This document shows positions 1 to 10,019 of a DNA stretch of 64,000 nucleotides, piece by piece; the stretch's first letter is position 1; each line of letters starts with the position of its first letter. The notes below the pieces were generated by a model. The model made no database searches. It worked only from the letters and a program-made list of their open reading frames with translations, and was not told where the DNA came from. Position numbers and translations under genes: made by a program. Source of the stretch: Candidatus Moduliflexus flocculans (GTDB taxonomy: Bacteria; Moduliflexota; Moduliflexia; Moduliflexales; Moduliflexaceae); the NCBI GenBank assembly GCA_000739515.1, contig DF820457.1, positions 349,804-413,803 of the forward strand, given 5' to 3'.

Positions 1-237
1 AAACCTGGCAAAGACATCATCATCGTGTCAATTGATGCCGTTCGCGGCGCGTTCGAAGCCATGATTGAAGGCAAACTGAATGCGACCATTGAATGCAGCC
101 CGTTGCTTGGCCCACAGTTGTTCGACGCCGTGGAAGATTTAGCGTTAGGCAAAGAATTGCCGAAACGGATCGTGACGGAAGAAGGCGTATTTCCGGCTGA
201 AGTTGCGAAAGAAGTCCTCCCACAGAGAACATATTGA
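1..237 (+). CDS. Sugar ABC transporter substrate-binding protein, C-terminal part (YtfQ-like), 5'-truncated by the window edge
   Basis: Open frame from base 1: KPGKDIIIVSIDAVRGAFEAMIEGKLNATIECSPLLGPQL; lies directly upstream of a YtfR/YtfT/YjfF-like set. Confidence 0.8.
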   Translation, partial: KPGKDIIIVSIDAVRGAFEAMIEGKLNATIECSPLLGPQLFDAVEDLALGKELPKRIVTEEGVFPAEVAKEVLPQRTY

Positions 238-517
238 TTCACGCTTTTCGCGCGAAGGCGGGCAGCCTTCGCGCGATCCGCACGCCTCCCCCCGCGCAAT
301 TTTGGAGCCATATACATGGACGATCAGCAGTACGTTGTGACTCAACATCACACGACATTGTTAACAATCTTACCAACCAGCCCAGCGCGAACGCCAGAAG
401 ACATCGAGATGTGCAGGTGTTATGTCAACTATATCAAACAAAAAGGATGCAAACGGCATTATCATTCGATTGCGGCAGAATTAGCCCACAAGACGTCAGA
501 TACGATCAGGAGGAGTC

Positions 518-2050
518 ATGATGGAAACGAATCATAAAATTATTCTTGAAATCCGGGGGTTGACCAAGACGTTTCCGGGCGTGAAAGCCCTGTCTGGCGT
601 GGATTTTTTCCTGAGAGCAGGAGAAGTGCATTGTCTGATGGGCGAAAATGGCGCAGGAAAGTCCACGTTGATTAAAGTATTGACCGGGTTATATAAAAAA
701 GATGGTGGGAAAATTTTATACGAAGGGCGGCCATTTGAATTATCCTCGCCCGTAGAAGCCCCTTTACATGGCATTAGCACGGTGTATCAGGAAATCAACC
801 TGATCCCGGCGCTTTCGGTGGCGGAAAATATTTATCTTGGCCGCCAGCCGATGAAACATGGCCGAATTGACTGGAAAGCGATTAACCAGGGGGCGCGAGC
901 GGCCTTAAAAAAGCTTGATGTTAACATTGACGTGACGCAGCCGGTCTCGTCGTATTCCGTCGCAATTCAGCAACTGGTTGCAATTGCTCGCGCGCTCGAT
1001 ATTTCCGCGAAAATCCTGATTTTAGATGAACCGACTTCCAGCCTTGATGCCCAGGAAGTCGAGCAATTGTTCAGCCTGATTCGCAAATTGAAAGCCGAAG
1101 GGATCGCAATTATTTTTGTGACGCACTTCCTTGATCAAGTCTATCAAATTTCCGACCGGATTACCGTGTTGCGCAACGGCGAACTTGTCGGAGAATATAA
1201 AACCGCCGAATTGCCGCGCGTGGAGTTGGTGGCGCGAATGTTGGGCAAGCAGTTAGAAGAATTCGTCAGCGAAAGCGGCGAGCACCTTTCAACAAAAGAA
1301 GAGCAAACCCGAAAAGCATTCTTGCAGGTTCGTGGGTTGGAGCGCAAAGGCGTGATTAATGCGTTTGATCTGGATATTCGCGAAGGCGAAGTGCTTGGAT
1401 TGGCCGGATTATTAGGCTCTGGCCGCACCGAAATCGCGCGGCTGCTGTTCGGCATTGATAAAGCGCATGCCGGAAAAGTATTGGTCGACGGCAAGGAAAT
1501 AGATGTGTCTTCGCCGCGCAAAGCCATTGACGCAAAATTCGCGTTCTGCCCGGAAGATCGCAAAACCGAAGGCATCATTCCTGATTTAACGGTGCGAGAA
1601 AATATTATTTTAGCATTGCAAGGCTCGAAGGGGATTTTTAATACGCTGTCAAAGCGTGAGCAGACGGAAATTGTAGATAAATACATCAAAGCGCTGGCAA
1701 TTAAAACGCCAAATTCCGAACAATCTGTCAAAAATTTGAGCGGCGGCAATCAGCAGAAAGTGATTGTCTCTCGTTGGCTGGCCTCGAATCCACGCTTTTT
1801 GATCCTCGATGAACCGACGCGCGGGATTGATGTCGGCGCAAAAGCGGAAATTCAAAAATTGGTGCTCGAATTGAGCCATGAGGAGCAGATGGCGATTTTA
1901 TTTATTTCGTCCGAATTGGAAGAAGTCATTCGATGCAGCGACCGTGTTGCTGTGCTGCGAGATCGTCAGAAATTGGCAGAATTAGTCGGCGATCAAATCG
2001 AGGAAAAACAGATCATGCACACGATTGCAAAGAAGGAGGTTTCCGAATGA
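518..2050 (+). CDS. ytfR: Sugar ABC transporter ATP-binding protein (two ABC domains)
   Basis: Walker A GENGAGKS, LDEPTSSLD, second-half LSGGNQQK and LDEPTRGIDVG; AGGAG RBS upstream. Confidence 0.9.
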   Translation: MMETNHKIILEIRGLTKTFPGVKALSGVDFFLRAGEVHCLMGENGAGKSTLIKVLTGLYKKDGGKILYEGRPFELSSPVEAPLHGISTVYQEINLIPALSVAENIYLGRQPMKHGRIDWKAINQGARAALKKLDVNIDVTQPVSSYSVAIQQLVAIARALDISAKILILDEPTSSLDAQEVEQLFSLIRKLKAEGIAIIFVTHFLDQVYQISDRITVLRNGELVGEYKTAELPRVELVARMLGKQLEEFVSESGEHLSTKEEQTRKAFLQVRGLERKGVINAFDLDIREGEVLGLAGLLGSGRTEIARLLFGIDKAHAGKVLVDGKEIDVSSPRKAIDAKFAFCPEDRKTEGIIPDLTVRENIILALQGSKGIFNTLSKREQTEIVDKYIKALAIKTPNSEQSVKNLSGGNQQKVIVSRWLASNPRFLILDEPTRGIDVGAKAEIQKLVLELSHEEQMAILFISSELEEVIRCSDRVAVLRDRQKLAELVGDQIEEKQIMHTIAKKEVSE

Positions 2051-3132
2051 AATCATGGTTGATGCGTCTTAAATCCGAGCAGACGCAAAAAGTCTTATGG
2101 CCGGTGGTGGCGCTCTGCTTGATTCTGTTATTTAACTTCTTTTTCACACCGGGATTTTTTCGAATTACCATCAAAGACGGCCATTTATTCGGCAGTTTAG
2201 TGGATATTTTGAATCGTGGCGCCCCGACGCTGATGCTGACGCTCGGCATGACGCTGGTCTATGCCTCTGGCGGCGTTGACCTGTCCGTCGGTTCTATTTT
2301 GGCAATTTCCGGCGCATTAGCCGCCTATTTGATTCGCCCGGGTTACGCAAGCGGCATTCTTGAATATCCTGATCCGCCAACGTCAATTATCATTGCCGTA
2401 GCATTGCCGCTGCTGCTTTCATTGGTGGCCGGAGCATGGAATGGTTTTTTAGTGGCGTATCTCGATATTCAGCCGATTATCGCCACGCTGATTCTGATGG
2501 TTGCCGGGCGTGGCATCGCGCAATTAATCACCAAGGGGCAAATTGTTATTTTTATCCATAAGCCGTTCGAATTTGTCGGCGGTGGGTTTTTATTCGGCTT
2601 GCCGTTCCCGGTTGTGTTGACGATCATTATGATTGCTCTGACGTTTTTCCTGACGCGCAAAACGGCGCTTGGCATGTTCATCGAAGCGGTCGGCGCCAAC
2701 CCGACAGCGAGTCGGTTTATGGGCTTAAAAGCGCAGAGAATCAAATTGATGTTGTATATCTTCTCAGGCTTCTGTTCGGGCTTAGCGGGTTTGATGATTT
2801 GCTCGAATATTCGCGGCGCGGATGCCAATAATGCGGGCTTGTTTCTTGAATTAGACGCCATCGCCTCTGTCATCATCGGTGGCACAATTAACGGCGGACG
2901 CTTTACGCTCGCCGGGTCGGTCGTCGGAACACTGATTATCCAGAGTTTAACCACGACGATTTTGACGCGAGGCATCGCCCCGGAAGTCACGTTGGTCTAT
3001 AAAGCGATTGTGATTATTCTGGTCGTCCTGATTCAATCGGAAAACTTCCGCAAGCTCCTGACTGGCTATATCAGAACCGCCAAAACGAATGGCGCGACAG
3101 TTCCGGCGCATGCGGTGAAAGAGGTCAAATAA
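2047..3132 (+). CDS. ytfT: Sugar ABC transporter permease
   Basis: ATGA overlap with the ATPase stop; GGVDLSVGS motif, many TM segments, ELDAIASVIIGG. Confidence 0.85.
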   Translation: MKSWLMRLKSEQTQKVLWPVVALCLILLFNFFFTPGFFRITIKDGHLFGSLVDILNRGAPTLMLTLGMTLVYASGGVDLSVGSILAISGALAAYLIRPGYASGILEYPDPPTSIIIAVALPLLLSLVAGAWNGFLVAYLDIQPIIATLILMVAGRGIAQLITKGQIVIFIHKPFEFVGGGFLFGLPFPVVLTIIMIALTFFLTRKTALGMFIEAVGANPTASRFMGLKAQRIKLMLYIFSGFCSGLAGLMICSNIRGADANNAGLFLELDAIASVIIGGTINGGRFTLAGSVVGTLIIQSLTTTILTRGIAPEVTLVYKAIVIILVVLIQSENFRKLLTGYIRTAKTNGATVPAHAVKEVK

Positions 3133-3199
3133 TAATATCAATATGCAGACTTTACCGGTCTTGAAGACCTGCGAGGTCTCGCGAGAGAGGACTTATCTT

Positions 3200-4186
3200 A
3201 TGAAACTACGGCTGAATCAACGTAATATTCCGATTTTGGCGACGTTTGCCGTGTTCGTGCTGATTTATATTGTCGGCTCGATCATGTATCGGAATTTCTT
3301 TTCATTGCGCGTCCTCGTCAACCTGTTGATTGATAACGCCTTTGTCGGCGTCATCGCGGTAGGCATGACGTTTGTGATTATTTCCGGCGGGATTGACCTG
3401 TCAGTCGGCTCGCTCGTCGCGTTTACCGGCGTGTTGACCGCGAAATTAGTCTCTGTTTATCATGTGCATCCATTGATTGTGATTGCGCTGGCTCTGGCAA
3501 TTGGCGCAGCTTTGGGCTTTACGATGGGGAATCTGATCCATCATTTCTCTCTTCCGCCGTTTTTGGTGACGCTGGTGGGAATGTTTTTAATGCGCGGGTT
3601 GTCGTTCCAATTATCCTTAAGCTCAATTGCCATTCAAAAGAATCCGTTTCTGTTCAGCTTGACCTCCATCGGCATTCCGCTCGCCAAGCGCCTCAAGCTT
3701 CCGCTTGGCACGGCGATTGTCTTTCTTATCGTGGTGGCGATTGGCATTTATGTGTCGCATTTCACAAAATTTGGACGAAACGTCTATGCCATTGGCGGCA
3801 ATGAACAATCCGCCATTTTGATGGGCTTGCCGGTAGGAAAAACCAAAATCATGATTTACACGCTGAATAGCACGTTGTGCGCGCTGGCAGGCGTTGTCTA
3901 TACGCTCTACACGCTGTCGGGCTATCCGCTTGCCTGCGTGGGGCTGGAATTAGACGTGATTGCGGCGGTCGTCATCGGCGGCACGCTGCTCACCGGCGGC
4001 GCTGGCTATATTGAAGGCACGCTGCTCGGCGTCCTGATTTTAGGCCTGATTCAGACCTTTATCACCTTCCAGGGCACGCTCAGTTCCTGGTGGACGAAAA
4101 TCGTGATTGGGATTCTCCTGTTTGTGTTTATCCTGCTGCAAACCTATATCACGAAAACATCGAGCCTCTCTGCGCGAAAAGCATAA
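3200..4186 (+). CDS. yjfF: Sugar ABC transporter permease
   Basis: ISGGIDLSVGS, GRNVYAIGGNE and ELDVIAAVVIGG motifs; start moved to ATG 3200 after GAGG. Confidence 0.85.
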   Translation: MKLRLNQRNIPILATFAVFVLIYIVGSIMYRNFFSLRVLVNLLIDNAFVGVIAVGMTFVIISGGIDLSVGSLVAFTGVLTAKLVSVYHVHPLIVIALALAIGAALGFTMGNLIHHFSLPPFLVTLVGMFLMRGLSFQLSLSSIAIQKNPFLFSLTSIGIPLAKRLKLPLGTAIVFLIVVAIGIYVSHFTKFGRNVYAIGGNEQSAILMGLPVGKTKIMIYTLNSTLCALAGVVYTLYTLSGYPLACVGLELDVIAAVVIGGTLLTGGAGYIEGTLLGVLILGLIQTFITFQGTLSSWWTKIVIGILLFVFILLQTYITKTSSLSARKA

Positions 4187-4294
4187 ACGCTCTCATTCGA
4201 ACGAGAGAAAGCCGTTAGACATTATGAACTGTGTCTGGCGGCTTTTGCTTTTTGAAGGGGGTTCTGTTCGCAAAAATATTTCTGATATTGTTTT

Positions 4295-4346
4295 ATGTTA
4301 TCGTTAACATAAATTTCTTGACAGAAATCCCTCGCTTTTCGATACT
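4295..4346 (+). promoter_or_regulatory. Sigma70 promoter of rhaA with an upstream LacI/GntR-like palindromic operator
   Basis: TTGACA 4318-4323, 17-nt spacer, GATACT 4341-4346; near-palindrome ATGTTATCGTTAACAT at 4295-4310. Confidence 0.6.
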
Positions 4347-4417
4347 CCTTGTATGCAAGATAAATGTCGGGTGAACCCCCGCGAATGCACGAAAATTCTA
4401 TTTTGAGGAGAATACCT

Positions 4418-5689
4418 ATGAGGGCACATCACGCAGAACAAATTGACGCAAGATACGCATTGGCGAAAGAACAGTATGCCGCGCTAAGCGTGGATACCGA
4501 CGCCGCGCTCGCCGCATTACGCGCGATTCCAGTGTCGCTACATTGCTGGCAGGGGGACGATGTCGGCGGCTTCGAACGCCCGGCGGCGACCTTGAGCGGC
4601 GGCGGCATTCAGGCCACCGGCAATTATCCCGGCAAAGCCCGCAACGCCGACGAACTCCGCGCCGACCTCGATATGGCCTTGAGCCTGATTCCCGGCACGC
4701 ATCGCTTGAATCTGCACGCGATTTACGGCGACTTCGGCGGCAAATTCGTTGACCGCAACGCCATTCAGCCGGAGCATTTCGCTCGCTGGATTGACTGGGC
4801 CAAAGCCAAAGGCATGGGAATGGACTTCAACCCGACCTATTTTTCGCATCCGAAAGCCGAAGACGGCACATTAAGCCATCCTGACCCGGCGATCCGCCAA
4901 TTCTGGATTGAACACGGCATCGCCTGCCGCAAAATCGGCGAAGCCTTCGGCAAAGCGCTCGGCACGCCCTGCGTCACGAATATCTGGATTCCCGACGGCT
5001 CGAAAGACATCCCGGTTGACCGCAAAGCGCCGCGCGAACGCCTGCTCGCCGCGCTTGACGCGATTCTCGCCGAAAAAATTGACCGCCGTTACCTGCTTGA
5101 CGCGGTCGAAAGCAAGCTCTTCGGCATTGGCTCGGAATCCTATGTCGTCGGCTCGCATGAATTTTACATGGGTTACGCCGTCAGCCGCCAACTCCTGCTC
5201 TGCCTCGATGCCGGGCATTTCCACCCGACCGAAGTCATTTTCGACAAGCTCTCGTCCGTGCTGGCGTTCGTGCCGGAAGTGCTACTGCATGTCAGTCGCG
5301 GCGTCCGCTGGGACAGCGACCATGTCGTGACGCTGACCGACGAATTGCAGGCCATCGCGCAGGAAATCATTCGCGGCGGCTATCAGCAGCGCGTCCATAT
5401 CGGCCTCGATTTCTTCGATGCCAGCATCAACCGCCTCGCCGCGTGGGTGATTGGCACGCGCAACATGATCAAAGCGCTGCTCCTTGCCCTGCTTGAGCCG
5501 ATTCAGACACTCAGAGTCAGCGAGCAGAACGGCGATTTCACCGCCCGCCTCGCCTGGCTCGAAGAAGCGAAAACGCTCCCGGTCGGCGCGGTCTGGGATT
5601 ATTACTGTCAGCAGCAGAACACGCCGGTCGGCGCGGCCTGGCTCGACGCTGTCAAAACGTATGAACGCGACGTATTGTCGAAACGATAA
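4418..5689 (+). CDS. rhaA: L-rhamnose isomerase
   Basis: [76 protein letters not shown] before ATG 4418. Confidence 0.95.
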   Translation: MRAHHAEQIDARYALAKEQYAALSVDTDAALAALRAIPVSLHCWQGDDVGGFERPAATLSGGGIQATGNYPGKARNADELRADLDMALSLIPGTHRLNLHAIYGDFGGKFVDRNAIQPEHFARWIDWAKAKGMGMDFNPTYFSHPKAEDGTLSHPDPAIRQFWIEHGIACRKIGEAFGKALGTPCVTNIWIPDGSKDIPVDRKAPRERLLAALDAILAEKIDRRYLLDAVESKLFGIGSESYVVGSHEFYMGYAVSRQLLLCLDAGHFHPTEVIFDKLSSVLAFVPEVLLHVSRGVRWDSDHVVTLTDELQAIAQEIIRGGYQQRVHIGLDFFDASINRLAAWVIGTRNMIKALLLALLEPIQTLRVSEQNGDFTARLAWLEEAKTLPVGAVWDYYCQQQNTPVGAAWLDAVKTYERDVLSKR

Positions 5690-5817
5690 CCCATTTACAA
5701 GAAACCACGAAAGACGCGAAAGACACGAAAATTTCCGTACCGCCGACGAGGACGTCGGCGGTACGAGGCGCTTCTGAAGTTTTCGTGTCTTTCGCGTCTT
5801 TCGTGGTAAAAAACATC

Positions 5818-6576
5818 ATGCAAGACCGCTTACAATCAGTTGTTGCAATGTCGAATATTCTTGGCTCTGCGGCGTATGACTGCGCGATTCTCGGCGAAGG
5901 GAATACGTCGGTCAAAGTTGACCATGAGACGTTTTTTGTGAAAGCTTCCGGCACGCAGCTTGGCACGATTGACGCAAACGGATTTGTGAAAGTCCGCTTT
6001 TCAACGATTTTCGAAGCCTTAGCGCGAGACACGCTGTCGGATGCCGAAGTCAAAGACGTGCTGTTGAACGCGACCGTTGACAATCCAAACAAAAAAATGC
6101 CGTCGGTCGAAACGTTTCTCCATGCGATTCTGCTGTCGTTAGACGGCATCAACTACGCCGGACACACGCACCCCACCGCCATCAACAGCATTCTCTGCTC
6201 GAAAAAAGCGGAAGAAGCGTACAGCGGCAACCTGTTCCCGGATCAAATCGTGGTGCTTGGCACTGCGCCGCTCTTTATTCCGTATACCGATCCCGGCCTT
6301 GTGCTGGCCAAGCTGCTGCAAGAGAAATTAGCGGCCTACATCGCGCGTTATGGTCGGACGCCGAAAGCGATTTACATGCAGAATCATGGCTTTATCGCGA
6401 TTGGCGCGACCGACAAAGACGTGCTGAACATCACGCAGATGGCCGTCAAAACCGCCCGAATTCTGCTTGGCGCGTATGCGCTCGGCGGTCCGAACTTTTT
6501 CTCCTCCGACAACACGCAGCGCATCGAAACCCGCCCCGACGAACATTATCGCCGCCAGCAACTCGCCGATAAATAA
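5818..6576 (+). CDS. Class II aldolase/adducin family protein (probable rhamnulose-phosphate aldolase-like)
   Basis: EGNTS, VKASG, PSVETFLH, HTHP and MQNHG metal-binding motifs; downstream of rhaA. Confidence 0.8.
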   Translation: MQDRLQSVVAMSNILGSAAYDCAILGEGNTSVKVDHETFFVKASGTQLGTIDANGFVKVRFSTIFEALARDTLSDAEVKDVLLNATVDNPNKKMPSVETFLHAILLSLDGINYAGHTHPTAINSILCSKKAEEAYSGNLFPDQIVVLGTAPLFIPYTDPGLVLAKLLQEKLAAYIARYGRTPKAIYMQNHGFIAIGATDKDVLNITQMAVKTARILLGAYALGGPNFFSSDNTQRIETRPDEHYRRQQLADK

Positions 6577-6582
6577 GCCGTT

Positions 6583-6617
6583 AACACCTCACAGGTTTTC
6601 AAAACCTGTGAGGTGTT
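6583..6617. terminator. REP-like hairpin after the aldolase, probable terminator
   Basis: AACACCTCACAGGTTTT-C-AAAACCTGTGAGGTGTT; related hairpins at 35352-35384 and 3147-3179 (degenerate). Confidence 0.65.
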
Positions 6618-6750
6618 TTAAGAAATCCTTCTTTCCGACAAAAAATCCACAACAAAAAATTGACATTCTCTCCGCGCCGATCAAAACCGATTTCATCGTC
6701 CGTATCGGATCATTTGCCGATCATTTCTGTCTTTCGAAAAAAAACCGTGA

Positions 6751-6811
6751 AGGAGTGCCAACGCTTGCTTTGGCGATTCAATGACAGGCCAAAGCAAGCG
6801 TTGGCACTCCT
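6751..6811. repeat. 24-bp perfect inverted repeat (GGAGTG REP family)
   Basis: AGGAGTGCCAACGCTTGCTTTGGC / GCCAAAGCAAGCGTTGGCACTCCT; related elements at 37548-37607, 45786-45836 and 49219-49248. Confidence 0.8.
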
Positions 6812-6838
6812 GAATGCGGATTCAAGGCGACGATTGCC

Positions 6839-9025
6839 ATGAAAACAACTCCTCGCGCGTGGACGATCTGGCCGGGCAAGCCGTTCCCGCTCGGCGCAAC
6901 CTTCGATGGTGGCGGCGTAAATTTTGCGCTCTTTTCCGAACACGCTTCCGGCGTCGTGCTGTGCCTGTTTGACGACGTTTCCGGCAACATTGAACGCGCG
7001 AAAATTCCGCTGACCGAGCGCACGAATCACGTCTGGCACGGCTACATTCCGCGCCTGCGACCAGGCCAGCGCTACGGCTACCGCGTCTATGGCGCATACA
7101 GCCCGGAGCAGGGGCATCGCTTCAATCCGGCGAAACTGCTGCTCGATCCTTACGCCAAAGCGATTGCCGGGCACATCGAGTGGCATGACGCCGTCTTCGG
7201 CTACACTATCGGCGCACCCGGCGGCGATCTGACGCAAGACGAGCGCGACAGCGCGGCCTACATGCCGAAGGCGGTGGTGGTGGATGATTGGTTCGACTGG
7301 GGCGGCGACCGCCAGCCGAAAATTCCGTTTCACGAGACGATTATTTATGAATTGCACGTCAAAGGCCAGACCTTCCGCCATCCCTCCATTCCGGCGCATC
7401 TACGCGGCACATACTCCGGGCTGTGTCATCCGGCCAGCGTCCGCTACCTTAAATCGTTAGGGATTACCGCCGTCGAATTGATGCCGGTGCATAGTTTTGT
7501 GTCAGACCGCCTGCTTGAAGAACGCGGCCTGCATAATTACTGGGGCTATAATTCAATTGGCTTTTTCGCGCCGGATTCCCGCTATGCCAGCGCGAACGAG
7601 CCGGAAAAGCAAGTCGCAGAATTCAAGCGAATGGTCAAAACATTGCATCGCGCCGGAATCGAAGTAATTCTCGATGTCGTCTATAATCACACCGCCGAAG
7701 GAAATCACCTCGGTCCCACGCTCAGTTTTCGCGGCATAGACAACGCGGCGTATTACCGCCTTGTCCACGACCAGCGCCGCTATTACATGGATTATACCGG
7801 CACGGGCAACACGCTGAATATGATGTCGCCCGCCGTGCTGCGCCTGATTATGGACAGCCTGCGCTACTGGATTCAGGAGATGCATGTGGACGGCTTCCGC
7901 TTCGACCTCGCGTCGGCATTAGCGCGGGAACTTCATGCGGTTGACCGGCTCGGCGCGTTTTTCGATATTATTCATCAAGACCCCGTGATTTCGCAGGTCA
8001 AGTTGATCGCCGAACCCTGGGACATCGGCGACGGTGGGTATCAGGTCGGCAATTTCCCGCCGGGCTGGGCGGAATGGAACGGCAAATATCGCGATACCGT
8101 CCGCGATTACTGGCGCGGCGCAGAGCAGACCCTCTCCGATTTCGCGTATCGCTTCACCGGCAGTTCCGATTTATATCAAAATGACGGACGCCATCCCACC
8201 GCCAGCATCAATTTTATCACCGCGCACGACGGCTTTACGCTGCGTGATCTCGTCTCGTATCATGACAAGCGGAACGAGGCCAACGGCGAGAGCAATCGCG
8301 ACGGCGAAAGCCATAACCGCTCCTGGAATTGCGGCGTAGAAGGCGAGACCGACGATCCGCATATCCTTGCGCTTCGCGCCAAGCAGCAGCGCAATTTCTT
8401 CACAACGCTGTTATTTTCGCAAGGCGTGCCGATGCTGCTGGCTGGCGATGAATTCGGGCGGACGCAGTGCGGCAACAATAACGCCTATTGTCAGGACAGC
8501 GAGTTGTCGTGGATGAATTGGGACGCGATGGATAACGCATTATTGGAATGGGTGCGCTTTCTGATTCGTTTTCGCAAACAACATCCGACGTTCCGGCGCA
8601 ATGGTTGGTTTCAGGGGCAGCCGATTCATGGCGGCGACGTGAGCGACATCGGCTGGTTCACGCGCTACGGCAGCGAGATGCAAGAAACCGATTGGCGGCG
8701 CGGCGTGGCCGGTTCGTTTGGCGTCTTTTTGAACGGACGCGGCATTCGTCACCCCGATAAAAAAGGGCGACCAGTCAAAGATCAAAGCTTTTACCTGATC
8801 TTCAACTCGCATTACGAATCCATGATCTTCGCCCTGCCAGACGAACGCTGGGGACGCCGCTGGCAGGTCCTTTTCGATACGCATCAGACCGCGCCGCACG
8901 CATCGCGGAAACGCCTGAACGCCGGACACGCGCTGATCATCGAAGCCCGTTCCGTCATGCTGCTGCAAGAAGTCGAATCAACGAGTTGGAGCGCCAACCC
9001 TCTGCGTTGGTTACGAAAACAGTAG
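6839..9025 (+). CDS. glgX: Glycogen debranching enzyme (GH13 isoamylase)
   Basis: NYWGYN, DVVYNHTAEG, DGFRFDLA, AEPWD and FITAHDGFTL motifs. Confidence 0.95.
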   Translation: MKTTPRAWTIWPGKPFPLGATFDGGGVNFALFSEHASGVVLCLFDDVSGNIERAKIPLTERTNHVWHGYIPRLRPGQRYGYRVYGAYSPEQGHRFNPAKLLLDPYAKAIAGHIEWHDAVFGYTIGAPGGDLTQDERDSAAYMPKAVVVDDWFDWGGDRQPKIPFHETIIYELHVKGQTFRHPSIPAHLRGTYSGLCHPASVRYLKSLGITAVELMPVHSFVSDRLLEERGLHNYWGYNSIGFFAPDSRYASANEPEKQVAEFKRMVKTLHRAGIEVILDVVYNHTAEGNHLGPTLSFRGIDNAAYYRLVHDQRRYYMDYTGTGNTLNMMSPAVLRLIMDSLRYWIQEMHVDGFRFDLASALARELHAVDRLGAFFDIIHQDPVISQVKLIAEPWDIGDGGYQVGNFPPGWAEWNGKYRDTVRDYWRGAEQTLSDFAYRFTGSSDLYQNDGRHPTASINFITAHDGFTLRDLVSYHDKRNEANGESNRDGESHNRSWNCGVEGETDDPHILALRAKQQRNFFTTLLFSQGVPMLLAGDEFGRTQCGNNNAYCQDSELSWMNWDAMDNALLEWVRFLIRFRKQHPTFRRNGWFQGQPIHGGDVSDIGWFTRYGSEMQETDWRRGVAGSFGVFLNGRGIRHPDKKGRPVKDQSFYLIFNSHYESMIFALPDERWGRRWQVLFDTHQTAPHASRKRLNAGHALIIEARSVMLLQEVESTSWSANPLRWLRKQ

Positions 9026-9133
9026 GGGCAGACCCCTGTGTCTGCCCCGTCTGTCGGGCGAATACAAGGGAACGGGCGAACACAGGGGGACGCCCCTACA
9101 TCGAAACAATCTATCAAAGAAAGGAGAAATCGT

Positions 9134-9979
9134 ATGGACGCAAAAGTTCTTGAATTGCAAGGCCAGTATGCCCAGGGGAAACTCAGTCGCCGCGAATTTT
9201 TAGAAAAGGCCAGTTTGCTGATCGGCAGCGCGGCAGCGTTATCGCTCATGCCTGCGATAGCCAGCGCCGAAGTCGTTCCGGCGGATGATGCGCGTTTGCA
9301 GATCGAGCGCATTACGTATCCCGGCGAAACCGGCGATATTCGCGCTACGTTAGCGCATCCGAAAGGGGACGCAAAACTTCCCGCCTTGATTATCATTCAT
9401 GAAAATCGCGGCTTGAATCCGCACATTGAAGATGTTGGGCGGCGATTTGCGTTAGAAGGATTTTTAACGCTTGCGCCGGACGCCCTTTCGCCTCTGGGCG
9501 GCACGCCGAAAGACCCGGACGAAGCGCGCGAAATGATCGGCAAGCTCGATGCGGCGGCGACGGTGAAAAATTACGTGGCGGCGGTGCAATATCTCAAGAC
9601 GCATCCGCTGTCAACCGGCAAAGTCGGCTGCATGGGCTTCTGCTGGGGCGGCGGCATGACGAATCAGGTGGCGGTCAACGCCGCTGATTTAGACGCTGCC
9701 GTGCCGTTTTATGGAATGCAGCCTAAGCCTGAAGATGTCCCGAAAATCAAAGCCCCGCTGTTGCTGCATTATGCCGGTAACGACGAACGCATCAACGCCG
9801 GGATTGCGGCGTATGAAGACGCGCTGAAAAAGGCGTCCATTCAGTACACGCTCTACATGTACGACGGCGCGCAGCACGCCTTTTTCAATGACACAAGCGC
9901 CGAACGGTACAATAAGGAAGCCGCTCAGTTAGCTTGGGAACGGACATTAGCCTTTTTGAACGAAAAGCTGAAAATGTGA
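9134..9979 (+). CDS. Dienelactone hydrolase family protein with Tat-like N-terminus
   Basis: IHENRGLNPHIEDV, GFCWGG nucleophile, AQHAFFND; SRREFL twin-arginine-like motif; AAGGAG RBS. Confidence 0.88.
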   Translation: MDAKVLELQGQYAQGKLSRREFLEKASLLIGSAAALSLMPAIASAEVVPADDARLQIERITYPGETGDIRATLAHPKGDAKLPALIIIHENRGLNPHIEDVGRRFALEGFLTLAPDALSPLGGTPKDPDEAREMIGKLDAAATVKNYVAAVQYLKTHPLSTGKVGCMGFCWGGGMTNQVAVNAADLDAAVPFYGMQPKPEDVPKIKAPLLLHYAGNDERINAGIAAYEDALKKASIQYTLYMYDGAQHAFFNDTSAERYNKEAAQLAWERTLAFLNEKLKM

Positions 9980-9984
9980 GCGCC

Positions 9985-10019
9985 AAGCTGTCAGACACTT
10001 TGAAAGTGTCTGACAGCTT
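9985..10019. repeat. REP-like palindrome (TGTCAGACAC family), probably a bidirectional terminator between convergent genes
   Basis: AAGCTGTCAGACACTTT-G-AAAGTGTCTGACAGCTT; related copies at 14901-14933, 51764-51796 and 63513-63546. Confidence 0.8.

Noticed and set aside
316-537. 73-aa ORF between the SBP and ATPase genes
   Set aside because: No recognisable motif, no clear RBS, and it overlaps the ATPase start; probably intergenic.
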